A stretch of DNA of 64,000 nt from Myxococcota bacterium (GTDB taxonomy: Bacteria; Myxococcota; UBA4151). The translations under genes were made by a program, and so were the position numbers. The stretch covers positions 4,802-68,801 of the forward strand of contig JBDQPD010000001.1 in NCBI GenBank assembly GCA_040260805.1, read 5' to 3'. Of this stretch, positions 56,427-64,000 are shown piece after piece. Under the pieces are notes generated by a model. The model was not told where the DNA came from. It ran no database searches and saw only the letters and a list, made by a program, of their open reading frames with translations. Each line of letters opens with the position of its first letter. The stretch's first letter is position 1.

Positions 56427-56873
56427 ATGGTGCGCATGATTGGTGTGGTTTTAGTGACACATGGCTCGGTCGGTAAGTCGCTGCTTGAAGCGGCCGCCTG
56501 GATTGCTGGGAGTGCGCTAGAGCATGTCGTTAATGTGCCGATGAATCCCGACCATTCACCGGACGACCAAGCCAAAAGAATTTCGGATGCGGTCGCTGGT
56601 TTTGAAGACGGCGCTGTGATTCTTACCGATCTTTTTGGTGGAACGCCTCAGAACTTGGCGCTGACCTTGCTCGACGAGGGCAGGGTGGACGTGGTCAGCG
56701 GTGTTAATCTTCCGATGTTGCTCGGAATAACGGCAGCCCGGGCTCAAAGTCATGACGTTCACGAGCTTGCTGTGATGCTTCATCGTCGAGGTCAAAATGC
56801 GATGGTCGTAGCCGGTGATACCTTACGTCGTCACGCTGAGGCGTCACGCGAGCTTCCGGCGGTCTCCTCATGA
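56427..56873 (+). CDS. PTS EIIA, mannose/fructose-type (ManX-IIA-like)
   Basis: MIGVVLVTHGSVGKSLLEAA with the phospho-His in VTHG. ~148 aa. Confidence 0.75.
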   Translation: MVRMIGVVLVTHGSVGKSLLEAAAWIAGSALEHVVNVPMNPDHSPDDQAKRISDAVAGFEDGAVILTDLFGGTPQNLALTLLDEGRVDVVSGVNLPMLLGITAARAQSHDVHELAVMLHRRGQNAMVVAGDTLRRHAEASRELPAVSS

Positions 56874-57139
56874 AAAGAGCAAGCTTTACTCTTCAGAACA
56901 GGCTCGGTCTGCATGCTCGAGCGGCGGCCCGCTTAGCGGCGGTCCTGAATGAAGCCGCCGGCGACGTCTGGGTGGAATACTCTGGCCGGCGCGTGAACGG
57001 AAAGTCGATCTTAGGCCTTTTGATGCTCGCAGCGCCCATGGGCACGGAGTTCCATGTGGAGCTTGAAGATGCAGACGCCGAGGTGGTCTTAGAGGCTGTT
57101 TCGGTGTTGATTGATAATCGATTCGGTGAGGCCGAGTGA
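56870..57139 (+). CDS. ptsH: Phosphocarrier protein HPr
   Basis: 89 aa. GLHARAAARL (His-15 context). GKSILGLLML. Confidence 0.8.
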   Translation: MKRASFTLQNRLGLHARAAARLAAVLNEAAGDVWVEYSGRRVNGKSILGLLMLAAPMGTEFHVELEDADAEVVLEAVSVLIDNRFGEAE

Positions 57140-58875
57140 TCAACTCGGGTCGACGCACCCTTCAGGGCTGCTCGGTTGGACGAGGATGGGTTCAAGGTCG
57201 AATCCGCTGTTTAGATGATCTCAACGATGGAATCACTCTAAAGCATCTGGCATCGCATCAGATCGATGGCGAGATCCAAGCTTTCGATGGCGCTGTAGCC
57301 GCCGTGGTGGAGCGTATGCGGCTGGTTTTAGCCAAGCTGCAGGCGAGCAATAGCTTTATCGCCGAGGGTGGTGATGTGCTCAGCGCCCACGTCAGCATCG
57401 CTGAAGACCCTGATCTTCGCGAGCGTGTGGTTCGTGTGTTGCGATCAAGTCAGATCAACGCGGCTTGGGGTTTGGAGCGTGTTCTTGAGGAGGTTCAGGT
57501 CGAGTTTGGAGCCTTAGATGACCCTTACATCGCCGCCCGGATGCTGGACATTCGGCAAGTTTTCCATCGCTTGCAGCGCGAGCTTGCAGGGGGGCAAACG
57601 TCAGAATCTACAGTCCCCGAGCTCAGAGATGGCGAGATTTTACTTGCGCGTGATCTGGAGCCGGTTTTGGCGCTGGGGATCCTTGAACAAAAGCCCGTCG
57701 CGGTGATCACCGAAGAGGGATCAGCGACGTCGCACTTAGCCTTGCTTTGCCGAGCCATGCGCGTTCCCGCGATGGTTGGTGTCAAGAGCGCCACCGAGTC
57801 GTTGGTCGCTGGTGATCAGGTTCTACTCGACCTGGAAGAGGGATTTTTGGTCCGTGATCCGGACCGCCGAGATATAGCGCTCGCGCAGGTTCATCTGGTT
57901 GAGAGCGAATTGCATCTGGCTGACCCTGAGCTTCCGGCGGTGACCCGAGACGGCGCTCAAATCACCTTACTTGCAAACATCGACACCGTCTCGGCGCTGT
58001 CAGATGCGGTCAGTGAAGGAGCTCAGGGTATAGGCCTGTTTCGTAGTGAATACCTCTACCTCCGCAGCGCAGACGGTGACTCTGAGATGCAGGTCCAAAC
58101 CTATCAGCGCATCTTGGATGAGATACCGGGCACGGTGACCATCAGAACCTTTGATATTGGTTCGGATAAGCTCCCGCTTGGAAGCAGTTGGGAGCCGAAC
58201 CCTGCCTTAGGTTTGCGCGCCCTGCGGAGTTATCAACTCGACCCCAAGGTCTTTCGCGTTCAGCTCCGCAATTTGATGCACGTTGCGAGCGCTGATGCTC
58301 GATTGAGAATCTTATTACCTATGGTCGATGGGCTAGCGTCTTGGCGCTGGGCCGCCGAAGAGGTTGAGCAAGTTGCCCTCGCTGAAGGCAAGCAACGAGG
58401 GACAGACTTCTTGCTGGGTGCGATGATCGAATTGCCGAGCGCGGTTTTTGTCGCTGACGAGCTGGCGAGTTGCTCAGATTTCTTTAGCTTGGGGACTAAC
58501 GATTTAGTCCAATATCTCTTGGCTGTTGATCGCCAAAACCCGGGACTTGCTCGCCACGCACGGGTCACCCATCCCGCAGTTTTAAGAGCCCTCAAGCAGG
58601 TTATTGATGCGGGAACCCGACATCAGATCCCGATGAGTTGTTGCGGTGAAATGGCAGCATCACCCATTGGCATCATGATCCTCGTTGGAATGGGGCTTCG
58701 AGAATTGTCCGTACCACCACTTGATCTGGGGATGGCGCGCACCTTTTTGAGGCGCAGCGAGGTCAGCGTCTTTAAGGGTTTGGTGCAGCGAGCGCTCACG
58801 ATGACCTGCGATCAAGAGATCAGCGAGCTATTTACTGAGCATTATCAAGACTGGAAACTCGACCAGAGCCGCTAA
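57136..58875 (+). CDS. ptsI: Phosphoenolpyruvate-protein phosphotransferase, Enzyme I
   Basis: 579 aa. PEP-utilising enzyme motifs (GSATSHLALLCRAMRVPAMVG phospho-His region; C-terminal TIM-barrel GTNDLVQY). Confidence 0.9.
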   Translation: MINSGRRTLQGCSVGRGWVQGRIRCLDDLNDGITLKHLASHQIDGEIQAFDGAVAAVVERMRLVLAKLQASNSFIAEGGDVLSAHVSIAEDPDLRERVVRVLRSSQINAAWGLERVLEEVQVEFGALDDPYIAARMLDIRQVFHRLQRELAGGQTSESTVPELRDGEILLARDLEPVLALGILEQKPVAVITEEGSATSHLALLCRAMRVPAMVGVKSATESLVAGDQVLLDLEEGFLVRDPDRRDIALAQVHLVESELHLADPELPAVTRDGAQITLLANIDTVSALSDAVSEGAQGIGLFRSEYLYLRSADGDSEMQVQTYQRILDEIPGTVTIRTFDIGSDKLPLGSSWEPNPALGLRALRSYQLDPKVFRVQLRNLMHVASADARLRILLPMVDGLASWRWAAEEVEQVALAEGKQRGTDFLLGAMIELPSAVFVADELASCSDFFSLGTNDLVQYLLAVDRQNPGLARHARVTHPAVLRALKQVIDAGTRHQIPMSCCGEMAASPIGIMILVGMGLRELSVPPLDLGMARTFLRRSEVSVFKGLVQRALTMTCDQEISELFTEHYQDWKLDQSR

Positions 58876-59255
58876 AATCCGCCTTGTTCGGTTTCGAAAC
58901 CGAGCTCGATTTCTGGTGCGTCTGCCCACAGCGACTCAAGATCATAGTACATGCGTGCTGGGCGATAAAATACGTGCACGACGACGTCGCCATGATCCAT
59001 CAGCACCCAGTTTCCGCTCTCGCTACCCTCTTGGCCGATCATCGCTAGACCAAGCTCACTGGCTTTGCCGCTGACTCGGTCAGCGATGGCTCGAACCTGT
59101 CGATCCGAAGCACCCGAAACGAAGAGCATCGCATCGGTGTAAGCGCAGCGACCGCGCAGGTCGAGCAGTCGTATGTTCTCACCTTTGATGTCGTCTGCGG
59201 CGCGCGCTAGAGCCTGGCCTAGCGTCACCAATTCGTCTGCAGTTGAATCGCTCAA
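58872..59255 (-). CDS. rsfS: Ribosome silencing factor RsfS (Iojap family)
   Basis: DIKGENIRLLDLRGRCAYTDAMLFVSGASDRQVRAIADRV is the Iojap/RsfS signature. Convergent 4-nt overlap with ptsI. Confidence 0.8.
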   Translation of the reverse strand: MSDSTADELVTLGQALARAADDIKGENIRLLDLRGRCAYTDAMLFVSGASDRQVRAIADRVSGKASELGLAMIGQEGSESGNWVLMDHGDVVVHVFYRPARMYYDLESLWADAPEIELGFETEQGGF

Positions 59256-59307
59256 TCGTCTACCTCACTCGGGCGCCTACTGCCGGCCAGAGATGCTGCT
59301 GTCTACT

Positions 59308-60303
59308 TTAGTTTGCTTGGGCTTCGCCGGCATCAGGTCGTTGCAGAACTTTGATGCCCTTTTCTTTTAAGAAGTTGGTCCCCGGGCGATCGCGTCGTTT
59401 GCGCCGTAGCGTGTTGAGAAACTCTTCAGGGGCGTTGATTTCAGGCGCTTTACCCAAACTTGAAAGCTCGGTCAGCAGACTGATTTGTAGCTCGCCCTTG
59501 CCGGTCTTGAGCTGTCGAAACGCCTTCGCCTTCATCTGGATACGAAAGGGGACCCCTGTTTTTGAGTCGACGCACAAAGAGCCTTCAAGCTCTTCGATGC
59601 TCAGCCCTGCGCGCCAGCTCTTCAAGTCTTTGAGGATGCCCGTCAGCGAGCTGTTATCAAAAGCAGCAGGCGCAGCGGCTTTACGCAGCTCGTAGCAGTG
59701 ACATTTTCGTCCAGCGATCTGTTGATCCTTAGGCGGCTTCAAGGCGATTAATCGACCCAGTAAATCCCAGCCCGTTACCCCAAGCGCGAACGCTTCGTCG
59801 GCGTGATGAAGGCGCTTTGAATCCAGATCTTTGGACGCGATATAGTTTCCGTTTTGATATTTTCGAAACATTCGTCCGTTCGAGTACACGACACGCTGGA
59901 AGAAGCCACCGTCATTACTCACCGAGACATCAAGTGAGTCGGTACCTTGCTGGAATTGAATTTCTGCCTCTTCGTCGAGACCGAGCTTGGATCCCTCAGC
60001 CTTACCGTAGCTCAGTTCAGCGCGGCCTTGCCAAACATGGTGCGTCGCCAGCCTTAGCTTGAGCTCGCGCCATGGCATTCGCCACACTCGATCCAATTGC
60101 TTGCGGTCCGTATGCAGTTGATCGGCAAGGAGTGTTTGCGATGCGGCGATTTTGGTCGGACTCGCTTCCACGCGCGCACCGACGCGCGCCTTGGCTTGGG
60201 CTTTGGCGCTGCTTCGTTCGCTGTCACAAGAACAGCCTGAGCCGCAAAGACTCGCGACCAGGGCAATTCTAATCACCTTCGGAGAGCTTCTCCAAGATCG
60301 CAT
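59308..60303 (-). CDS. Hypothetical lipoprotein
   Basis: Start chosen at MRSWRSSPKVIRIALVASLCGSGC (lipobox). No recognised domain. Confidence 0.35.
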   Translation of the reverse strand: MRSWRSSPKVIRIALVASLCGSGCSCDSERSSAKAQAKARVGARVEASPTKIAASQTLLADQLHTDRKQLDRVWRMPWRELKLRLATHHVWQGRAELSYGKAEGSKLGLDEEAEIQFQQGTDSLDVSVSNDGGFFQRVVYSNGRMFRKYQNGNYIASKDLDSKRLHHADEAFALGVTGWDLLGRLIALKPPKDQQIAGRKCHCYELRKAAAPAAFDNSSLTGILKDLKSWRAGLSIEELEGSLCVDSKTGVPFRIQMKAKAFRQLKTGKGELQISLLTELSSLGKAPEINAPEEFLNTLRRKRRDRPGTNFLKEKGIKVLQRPDAGEAQAN

Positions 60304-61081
60304 TGCGCTCCTCTGCCGCCTCGGCGTGTCCATCGACAGCGCCGCGTACTTTATCAATGATTTCATAAGGTGCCTTTAAGGGCCCTGACACCTTATCGCC
60401 GGCCGCCTCCTGCACCTTTTTGAGGGGTTTGACTATACCTTCCGTCGCCACCTTGACCTTGGACCCGACCGCCGTATCACCATACTCTTCAGAGACAAAC
60501 ATCAGCAAAGCCATGACCCCGCACGCGAAGGCCAACACCTTAAGAAAGCCCTGAAGCACACGCAGCGCCATGATGATAAAAACCATACCGACCGCAAGGA
60601 GCATCCAAGCAGGAGATCCTTCTGGAGCTTTGAAGGGGCGAACTCTTTCCTTACCGCTGTTCGCCTTTTTTTTGCTGCGTTTCGCATCGGAATCGATAGC
60701 TCCTAGACCGTCTTCCTCAGCTTCTTCGTCGTATAAAAGCTCCTCGAGGAGGCGTTGACTCGACTTTTTCTTCGAATTCTTTTGGCCGCGGCCGCGCTGC
60801 TTTAAGCGCTCAAGATCGGTGCCACCTTGACCCTTTACACCGTTGTTTTGATCGAGGTCACCAAGGACTTGACCCTCGTCATCGAGAATCTGAACGTTGC
60901 GTCGAAACCGAGGAGGAACCAGCTCAGCGTCGCTAACAATGTGCTGATTCCCTTGAGCGTCTGAGTACTGAAAAAGAGCCCCAACAAGCTGTAATTGCGC
61001 AGAAAAAGATAGACTCAGAAGTGCGGTTAGCCACATGGGTGCAAGCCCTCCAGGGGTCGTGACCATCTCGCATGCACTCAA
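60269..61081 (-). CDS. Hypothetical membrane protein with Lys/Glu-rich low-complexity central region
   Basis: Hydrophobic N-term, one or two central TM segments (WMLLAVGMVFIIMAL, AFACGVMALLMFV), charged linker. Confidence 0.3.
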   Translation of the reverse strand: MSACEMVTTPGGLAPMWLTALLSLSFSAQLQLVGALFQYSDAQGNQHIVSDAELVPPRFRRNVQILDDEGQVLGDLDQNNGVKGQGGTDLERLKQRGRGQKNSKKKSSQRLLEELLYDEEAEEDGLGAIDSDAKRSKKKANSGKERVRPFKAPEGSPAWMLLAVGMVFIIMALRVLQGFLKVLAFACGVMALLMFVSEEYGDTAVGSKVKVATEGIVKPLKKVQEAAGDKVSGPLKAPYEIIDKVRGAVDGHAEAAEERNAILEKLSEGD

Positions 61082-61157
61082 AAAACATCAAGCAGCTTGC
61101 GACCCATGAGCGAGAACATTGAGCGCAGCAGCGCTCGCTTAGCCTGGAGTGTGTGTA

Positions 61158-61190
61158 GGCCACATCCCTTTGCCTATGCGGGATGTGGCC
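61158..61190. promoter_or_regulatory. Perfect 11-bp inverted repeat (GGCCACATCCC-N11-GGGATGTGGCC) in the divergent intergenic region upstream of the HU-like gene
   Basis: Read directly. Lies ~130 bp upstream of the HU start and ~80 bp upstream of the divergent membrane-protein gene. No T-tract follows, so an operator is likelier than a terminator. Confidence 0.4.
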
Positions 61191-61321
61191 GCGGGGCCTT
61201 GGCTAAATTTTGCTCGAATTGCTCTTGCACGGCCGGCCGGGCTTGCCTACGGTCCGGACCACTTCAATCCCGTGTCCCGCTGGGGGACACATAAACAGGC
61301 AAGCCCAAAAGGAGAAAATTG

Positions 61322-61632
61322 TGGCAACTGTGAATAAGAACACGCTCGCCGGTCGTTTGGCCGAGAAGACCAACCTTTCGCAAAAGGACGCTGGTCGCGT
61401 GCTCAACGCTCTGTTCGGCGGTAAGCTGGACGGCGATGACAACAACGGCCTTATCGCCGACGCTCTGTCCAACAGCGAGCAGATTTCGCTTCCAGGCTTT
61501 GGTCGCTTCTTCAGCCAGCACCGCAAGGCGCGCACTGGCCTGAACCCGCAGACCAAGCAAGCGATCCAGATTCCTGCTCGCAACGTGCCTAAGTTCAGCG
61601 CTGGTAAGTCCCTTAAGGACGCCACGGCTTAA
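61322..61632 (+). CDS. HU/IHF-family DNA-binding protein with an internal insertion
   Basis: GTG start 9 nt after an AAGGAG RBS. N-term NKNTLAGRLAEKTNLSQKDAGRVLNALF and C-term ISLPGFGRFFSQHRKARTGLNPQTKQAIQIPARNVPKFSAGKSLKD are HU-like. Insert GGKLDGDDNNGLIADALSNSEQ. Confidence 0.7.
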
Positions 61633-61675
61633 GCTAAGGTTCCTATCGTTCTCTGTTTCGGCAGAGGAATGTGAG

Positions 61676-61710
61676 AAGAGCGCCCTTCGAGGCGCTCTTC
61701 TTTCTTTTGG
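61676..61710 (+). terminator. Rho-independent terminator after the HU-like gene
   Basis: AAGAGCGCC-CTTCGA-GGCGCTCTT stem-loop followed by CTTTCTTTT. Confidence 0.65.
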
Positions 61711-61749
61711 CCGCCTGGTGTAGCGCAAATCAGCAAAGGAGGATGGGCT

Positions 61750-62457
61750 GTGGTTTTTGGCTTGTTTGGGACCAAGGTAGAGCGTCTAAAAAAAGCGGTG
61801 CGTCAGCGCTACGGTCAGCATGAACCGCGTAAAGATGCGATGCTGCGCCTTTTGCAGATGGGAGATCTGGAGGCTTACCGAGCTGTGCTCAGTCGGTTCA
61901 CGGTCAACTGTGACTCACCGCATTGGGATGAAAAAGAGAAGACTTGGCTCGCCAAGCGGCTCTCTGAGCGCACTGGCGATGGATTGCTCATGCAGGCGCT
62001 GCAGGAGCTCTTGATGTCTGGTGAGCGCTTGAATCAAGCTCTTGGCGTCGCCGAGCAATTGATGACGAGCGAAGATTATCACCACTGGGTTTCGAAAGCC
62101 TTTGAAAAGCGTTTGGGTGATCATCGAGCGGTAGACGCTTGCGTCGAATTGATCAGCGCTTTGGGTCGATTAGGAGGCGATGAAGCCCTTCAGGCAGGTT
62201 TGGCTGCTATTTCGGACCGAACTGACGAAGTCATTTTGGCCGGGTTGGCGGTCTTAGAACACTGTCAGGGTGAACCCCTCGCTGAGGCGCTGTACAACCT
62301 AGCCCACGATGACCTTCAAATGCCTCGTGTAATCAGGCGCGCAGGGCATGTGATCACGGTTTTGGAATTGCCTGACCCCCAAGCTCGGGGAGAGCTTCCG
62401 GACGCCCTCGCAGAAGATTTTATGGTCCAGGGTGGCCGGTTGGTCGTAAGAACGTGA
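61750..62457 (+). CDS. Hypothetical alpha-helical (HEAT/ARM-like repeat) protein
   Basis: GTG start 9 nt after an AGGAGG RBS. Helical-repeat composition (Leu/Ala-rich, repeated ~35-aa units). No motif. Confidence 0.35.
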   Translation: MVFGLFGTKVERLKKAVRQRYGQHEPRKDAMLRLLQMGDLEAYRAVLSRFTVNCDSPHWDEKEKTWLAKRLSERTGDGLLMQALQELLMSGERLNQALGVAEQLMTSEDYHHWVSKAFEKRLGDHRAVDACVELISALGRLGGDEALQAGLAAISDRTDEVILAGLAVLEHCQGEPLAEALYNLAHDDLQMPRVIRRAGHVITVLELPDPQARGELPDALAEDFMVQGGRLVVRT

Positions 62458-62548
62458 CTTAAATCGGACGATCGACCATTGACCCGAACAGACCCAATCG
62501 GGATAACTGGCCGTCTATTAATTAAGAGCCCTACGACGAGGATTGTCG

Positions 62549-63826
62549 ATGAGCCGACTGATGAAGTATTTTTCGATCTCTTTTCTTGTGCTCGCCGCAG
62601 CGAGTTGCACGAGTGAACCCATTACCAAGAGCTGGGTCTTTGTGTCCAAAGCGCCGTCGGTTTCGACGCCGCTTGTGACCGATGATCGCATCTTCTTTGG
62701 TTCGGATGTCGGTCTCGACGCGATCAACCGTTTAGGCGGTTTTGTTTGGCGCTTAGATCGCCAGGGCATGAACGTGGTGGGTGGACCGACCGCTTACGAA
62801 GACATCGTGCTCTTTGGCTCAACCAACTCCCAGTTCTATGCGGCGTCTTATGATGGTCGGATGGTATGGGAGTTCACCGCCGGCGCACGGATCAAGTCGG
62901 ACGCCTTGACCGATGGCGACGCGGTGATCTTCTCGAGTTATGATGGTCATGTGTACAAAATGGCGGTCGAGGATAAGAAGGTCCAATGGATCTTCCCCGA
63001 CACCAACGCCGAAGAGCTTCCGGGTCCTCCGACCCATCCGAAGGTCAAGGCGTACACTGACGCGATGGCCGCCTACGAGCAAAAGGCTGCTGACTGCGCA
63101 GCGAAAGACGAAGCCGCCAAAGCAGAGGGCAAAGAACCCGAAGCTTGCGAAGTCGGTGACCAGCCTGCGGTTCCTGCCTCTGAGCAAGGCGCTGCTTGGG
63201 AATGGCCCCCGGCTGATTTCGCCTATTCGTCGCCGATGCGTGTTGGTGATTTGATCATTCTGGGCAACATGGACTGGAACGTCTATGCGATCAGCGCGGC
63301 GACCGGTCAGCTTGTGTGGCGCACGCGCCTCAACGGCTCCGTGACGTCTTCGGCGGTCGCCGGTGACGGCGTGGTCTACATCGGAAGCAACGGCCGCCTT
63401 GGCGGCAAAAGCCCTGAAGACGGTCGTTTGTACGCCCTGGATTCGAAAACGGGTAAGATCGTCAACAGCTTCCAAGCGAAGAACGAGGTCAACTCATCGG
63501 TTCGAATCGTTGGTGATGCGATCTACTTCGGCGATGTGGCGGGCAATATGTACAGCCTCGATGCCAAGACGCTCAAAGAGAAGTGGTCGTTTAAGACCAA
63601 TGGTCCGATTCGTGGGCGCCCGGCTGTGTACAAAGGCTTGGTGTTCATTGGTTCGGGTGTAGGCGACAACCAGATGTACGCGCTTCACAAAGACACCGGT
63701 AAAGTGTTCTGGAAGTACAAGACAGGCGGAAAGATTGAGTCCGACCCCGTGATTAGCGGTGATGAGCTCTTCTTCACCAGCCACGACCGTAGGCTCTACG
63801 CGTTTAAAATCCGCAAATCACCCTGA
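62549..63826 (+). CDS. PQQ-repeat beta-propeller lipoprotein (BamB-like)
   Basis: Lipobox LAAASCTSEP. Repeated PQQ-like blades (G.VYAL/G.LYAxD....G..W). Central Ala/Glu/Lys-rich insert. Confidence 0.55.
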   Translation: MSRLMKYFSISFLVLAAASCTSEPITKSWVFVSKAPSVSTPLVTDDRIFFGSDVGLDAINRLGGFVWRLDRQGMNVVGGPTAYEDIVLFGSTNSQFYAASYDGRMVWEFTAGARIKSDALTDGDAVIFSSYDGHVYKMAVEDKKVQWIFPDTNAEELPGPPTHPKVKAYTDAMAAYEQKAADCAAKDEAAKAEGKEPEACEVGDQPAVPASEQGAAWEWPPADFAYSSPMRVGDLIILGNMDWNVYAISAATGQLVWRTRLNGSVTSSAVAGDGVVYIGSNGRLGGKSPEDGRLYALDSKTGKIVNSFQAKNEVNSSVRIVGDAIYFGDVAGNMYSLDAKTLKEKWSFKTNGPIRGRPAVYKGLVFIGSGVGDNQMYALHKDTGKVFWKYKTGGKIESDPVISGDELFFTSHDRRLYAFKIRKSP

Positions 63827-63884
63827 TTCAAAAGTCTCGCCGGCATTGAATCGTGATTATCAGTAGTTAAGCGAAGAGACGCCC

Positions 63885-64000
63885 GTGGATATCGCAACTA
63901 TCCTTGGCGCTGTGGTCGCATTCGGCTTGGTCGGAGGCTCCATCGCTATGGGTGGTGGTCTCGCATTCGTTGACTCCGCCTCGGCGATGATCGTGATCGG
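63885..64000 (+). CDS. Flagellar motor stator protein MotA/PomA (or ExbB/TolQ-family), N-terminal fragment running off the window
   Basis: VDIATILGAVVAFGLVGGSIAMGGGLAFVDSASAMIVIG closely resembles PomA/MotA N-termini (MDLATLLGLIGGF...GGS...F.D..S.LIV.GG). GTG start. Confidence 0.45.
   Translation, partial: MDIATILGAVVAFGLVGGSIAMGGGLAFVDSASAMIVI

Noticed and set aside
1-64000. CRISPR arrays, tRNA/rRNA genes, IS elements, integrases
   Set aside because: No short direct-repeat/spacer periodicity was seen. The intergenic gaps are all under 250 bp and none shows a tRNA-like T-loop (GTTCGA) context. No transposase or integrase motifs were seen in any ORF.

Overview
GC-rich bacterial chromosomal window (GC content judged by eye, not computed). 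It is densely coded and shows no recognisable mobile elements, CRISPR arrays, tRNA or rRNA genes. The gene content resembles a flagellated high-GC Deltaproteobacteria/Myxococcota-like organism; this is inference from TSP3-OmpA, Cys-rich repeat lipoproteins and hprK in the rpoN cluster.

Identifiable blocks:
- 1-7907 (+): flagellar export/hook operon fliF(C-term)-fliG-fliH-fliI-(YlxF/MotE-like)-fliK-flgD-(unknown)-flgE.
- 7891-16172 (-): one tightly packed operon. In transcription order it is a multiheme cytochrome c fusion, an MltD-like LysM lytic transglycosylase, moeA, mobA, three tandem single-domain SurA/parvulin PPIases (the first with a His/Gly-rich tail) and pdxA.
- 16243-24623 (+): plsY, FHA-GGDEF diguanylate cyclase and dnaE, all translationally coupled, followed by a 1011-aa IPT/TIG-repeat secreted protein.
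- 24628-27852 (-): MltF-like transglycosylase, then a protein with a NusG-like KOW C-terminus on an unknown N-domain, then an orphan SPPY-motif beta-class DNA methyltransferase. I regard this as the best candidate for an undescribed module.
- 27876-33468: LpoA-like lipoprotein, nadE, PduO-type adenosyltransferase, Cys-rich lipoprotein.
- 33470-40477 (-): envelope cluster of lipoprotein, Cys-rich secreted protein, DUF4398-like lipoprotein, TSP3-repeat OmpA protein, MMPL/RND exporter and a small lipoprotein.
- 40461-47069: secreted hypotheticals, HAD phosphatase, argC, KamA-family radical SAM (-), Nudix-MBL fusion.
- 47113-58875 (+): kdsB-pyrG-kdsA-kdsC-lptA-lptB-rpoN-hpf-ptsN-hprK-rapZ-EIIA(Man)-ptsH-ptsI.
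- 58872-64000: rsfS, two unknown membrane/lipoproteins, an HU-like gene preceded by a perfect inverted repeat and followed by a terminator, a HEAT-like protein, a BamB-like PQQ propeller and a partial motA/pomA.

All functional calls rest on motif and homology recognition by eye. No database searches were run.
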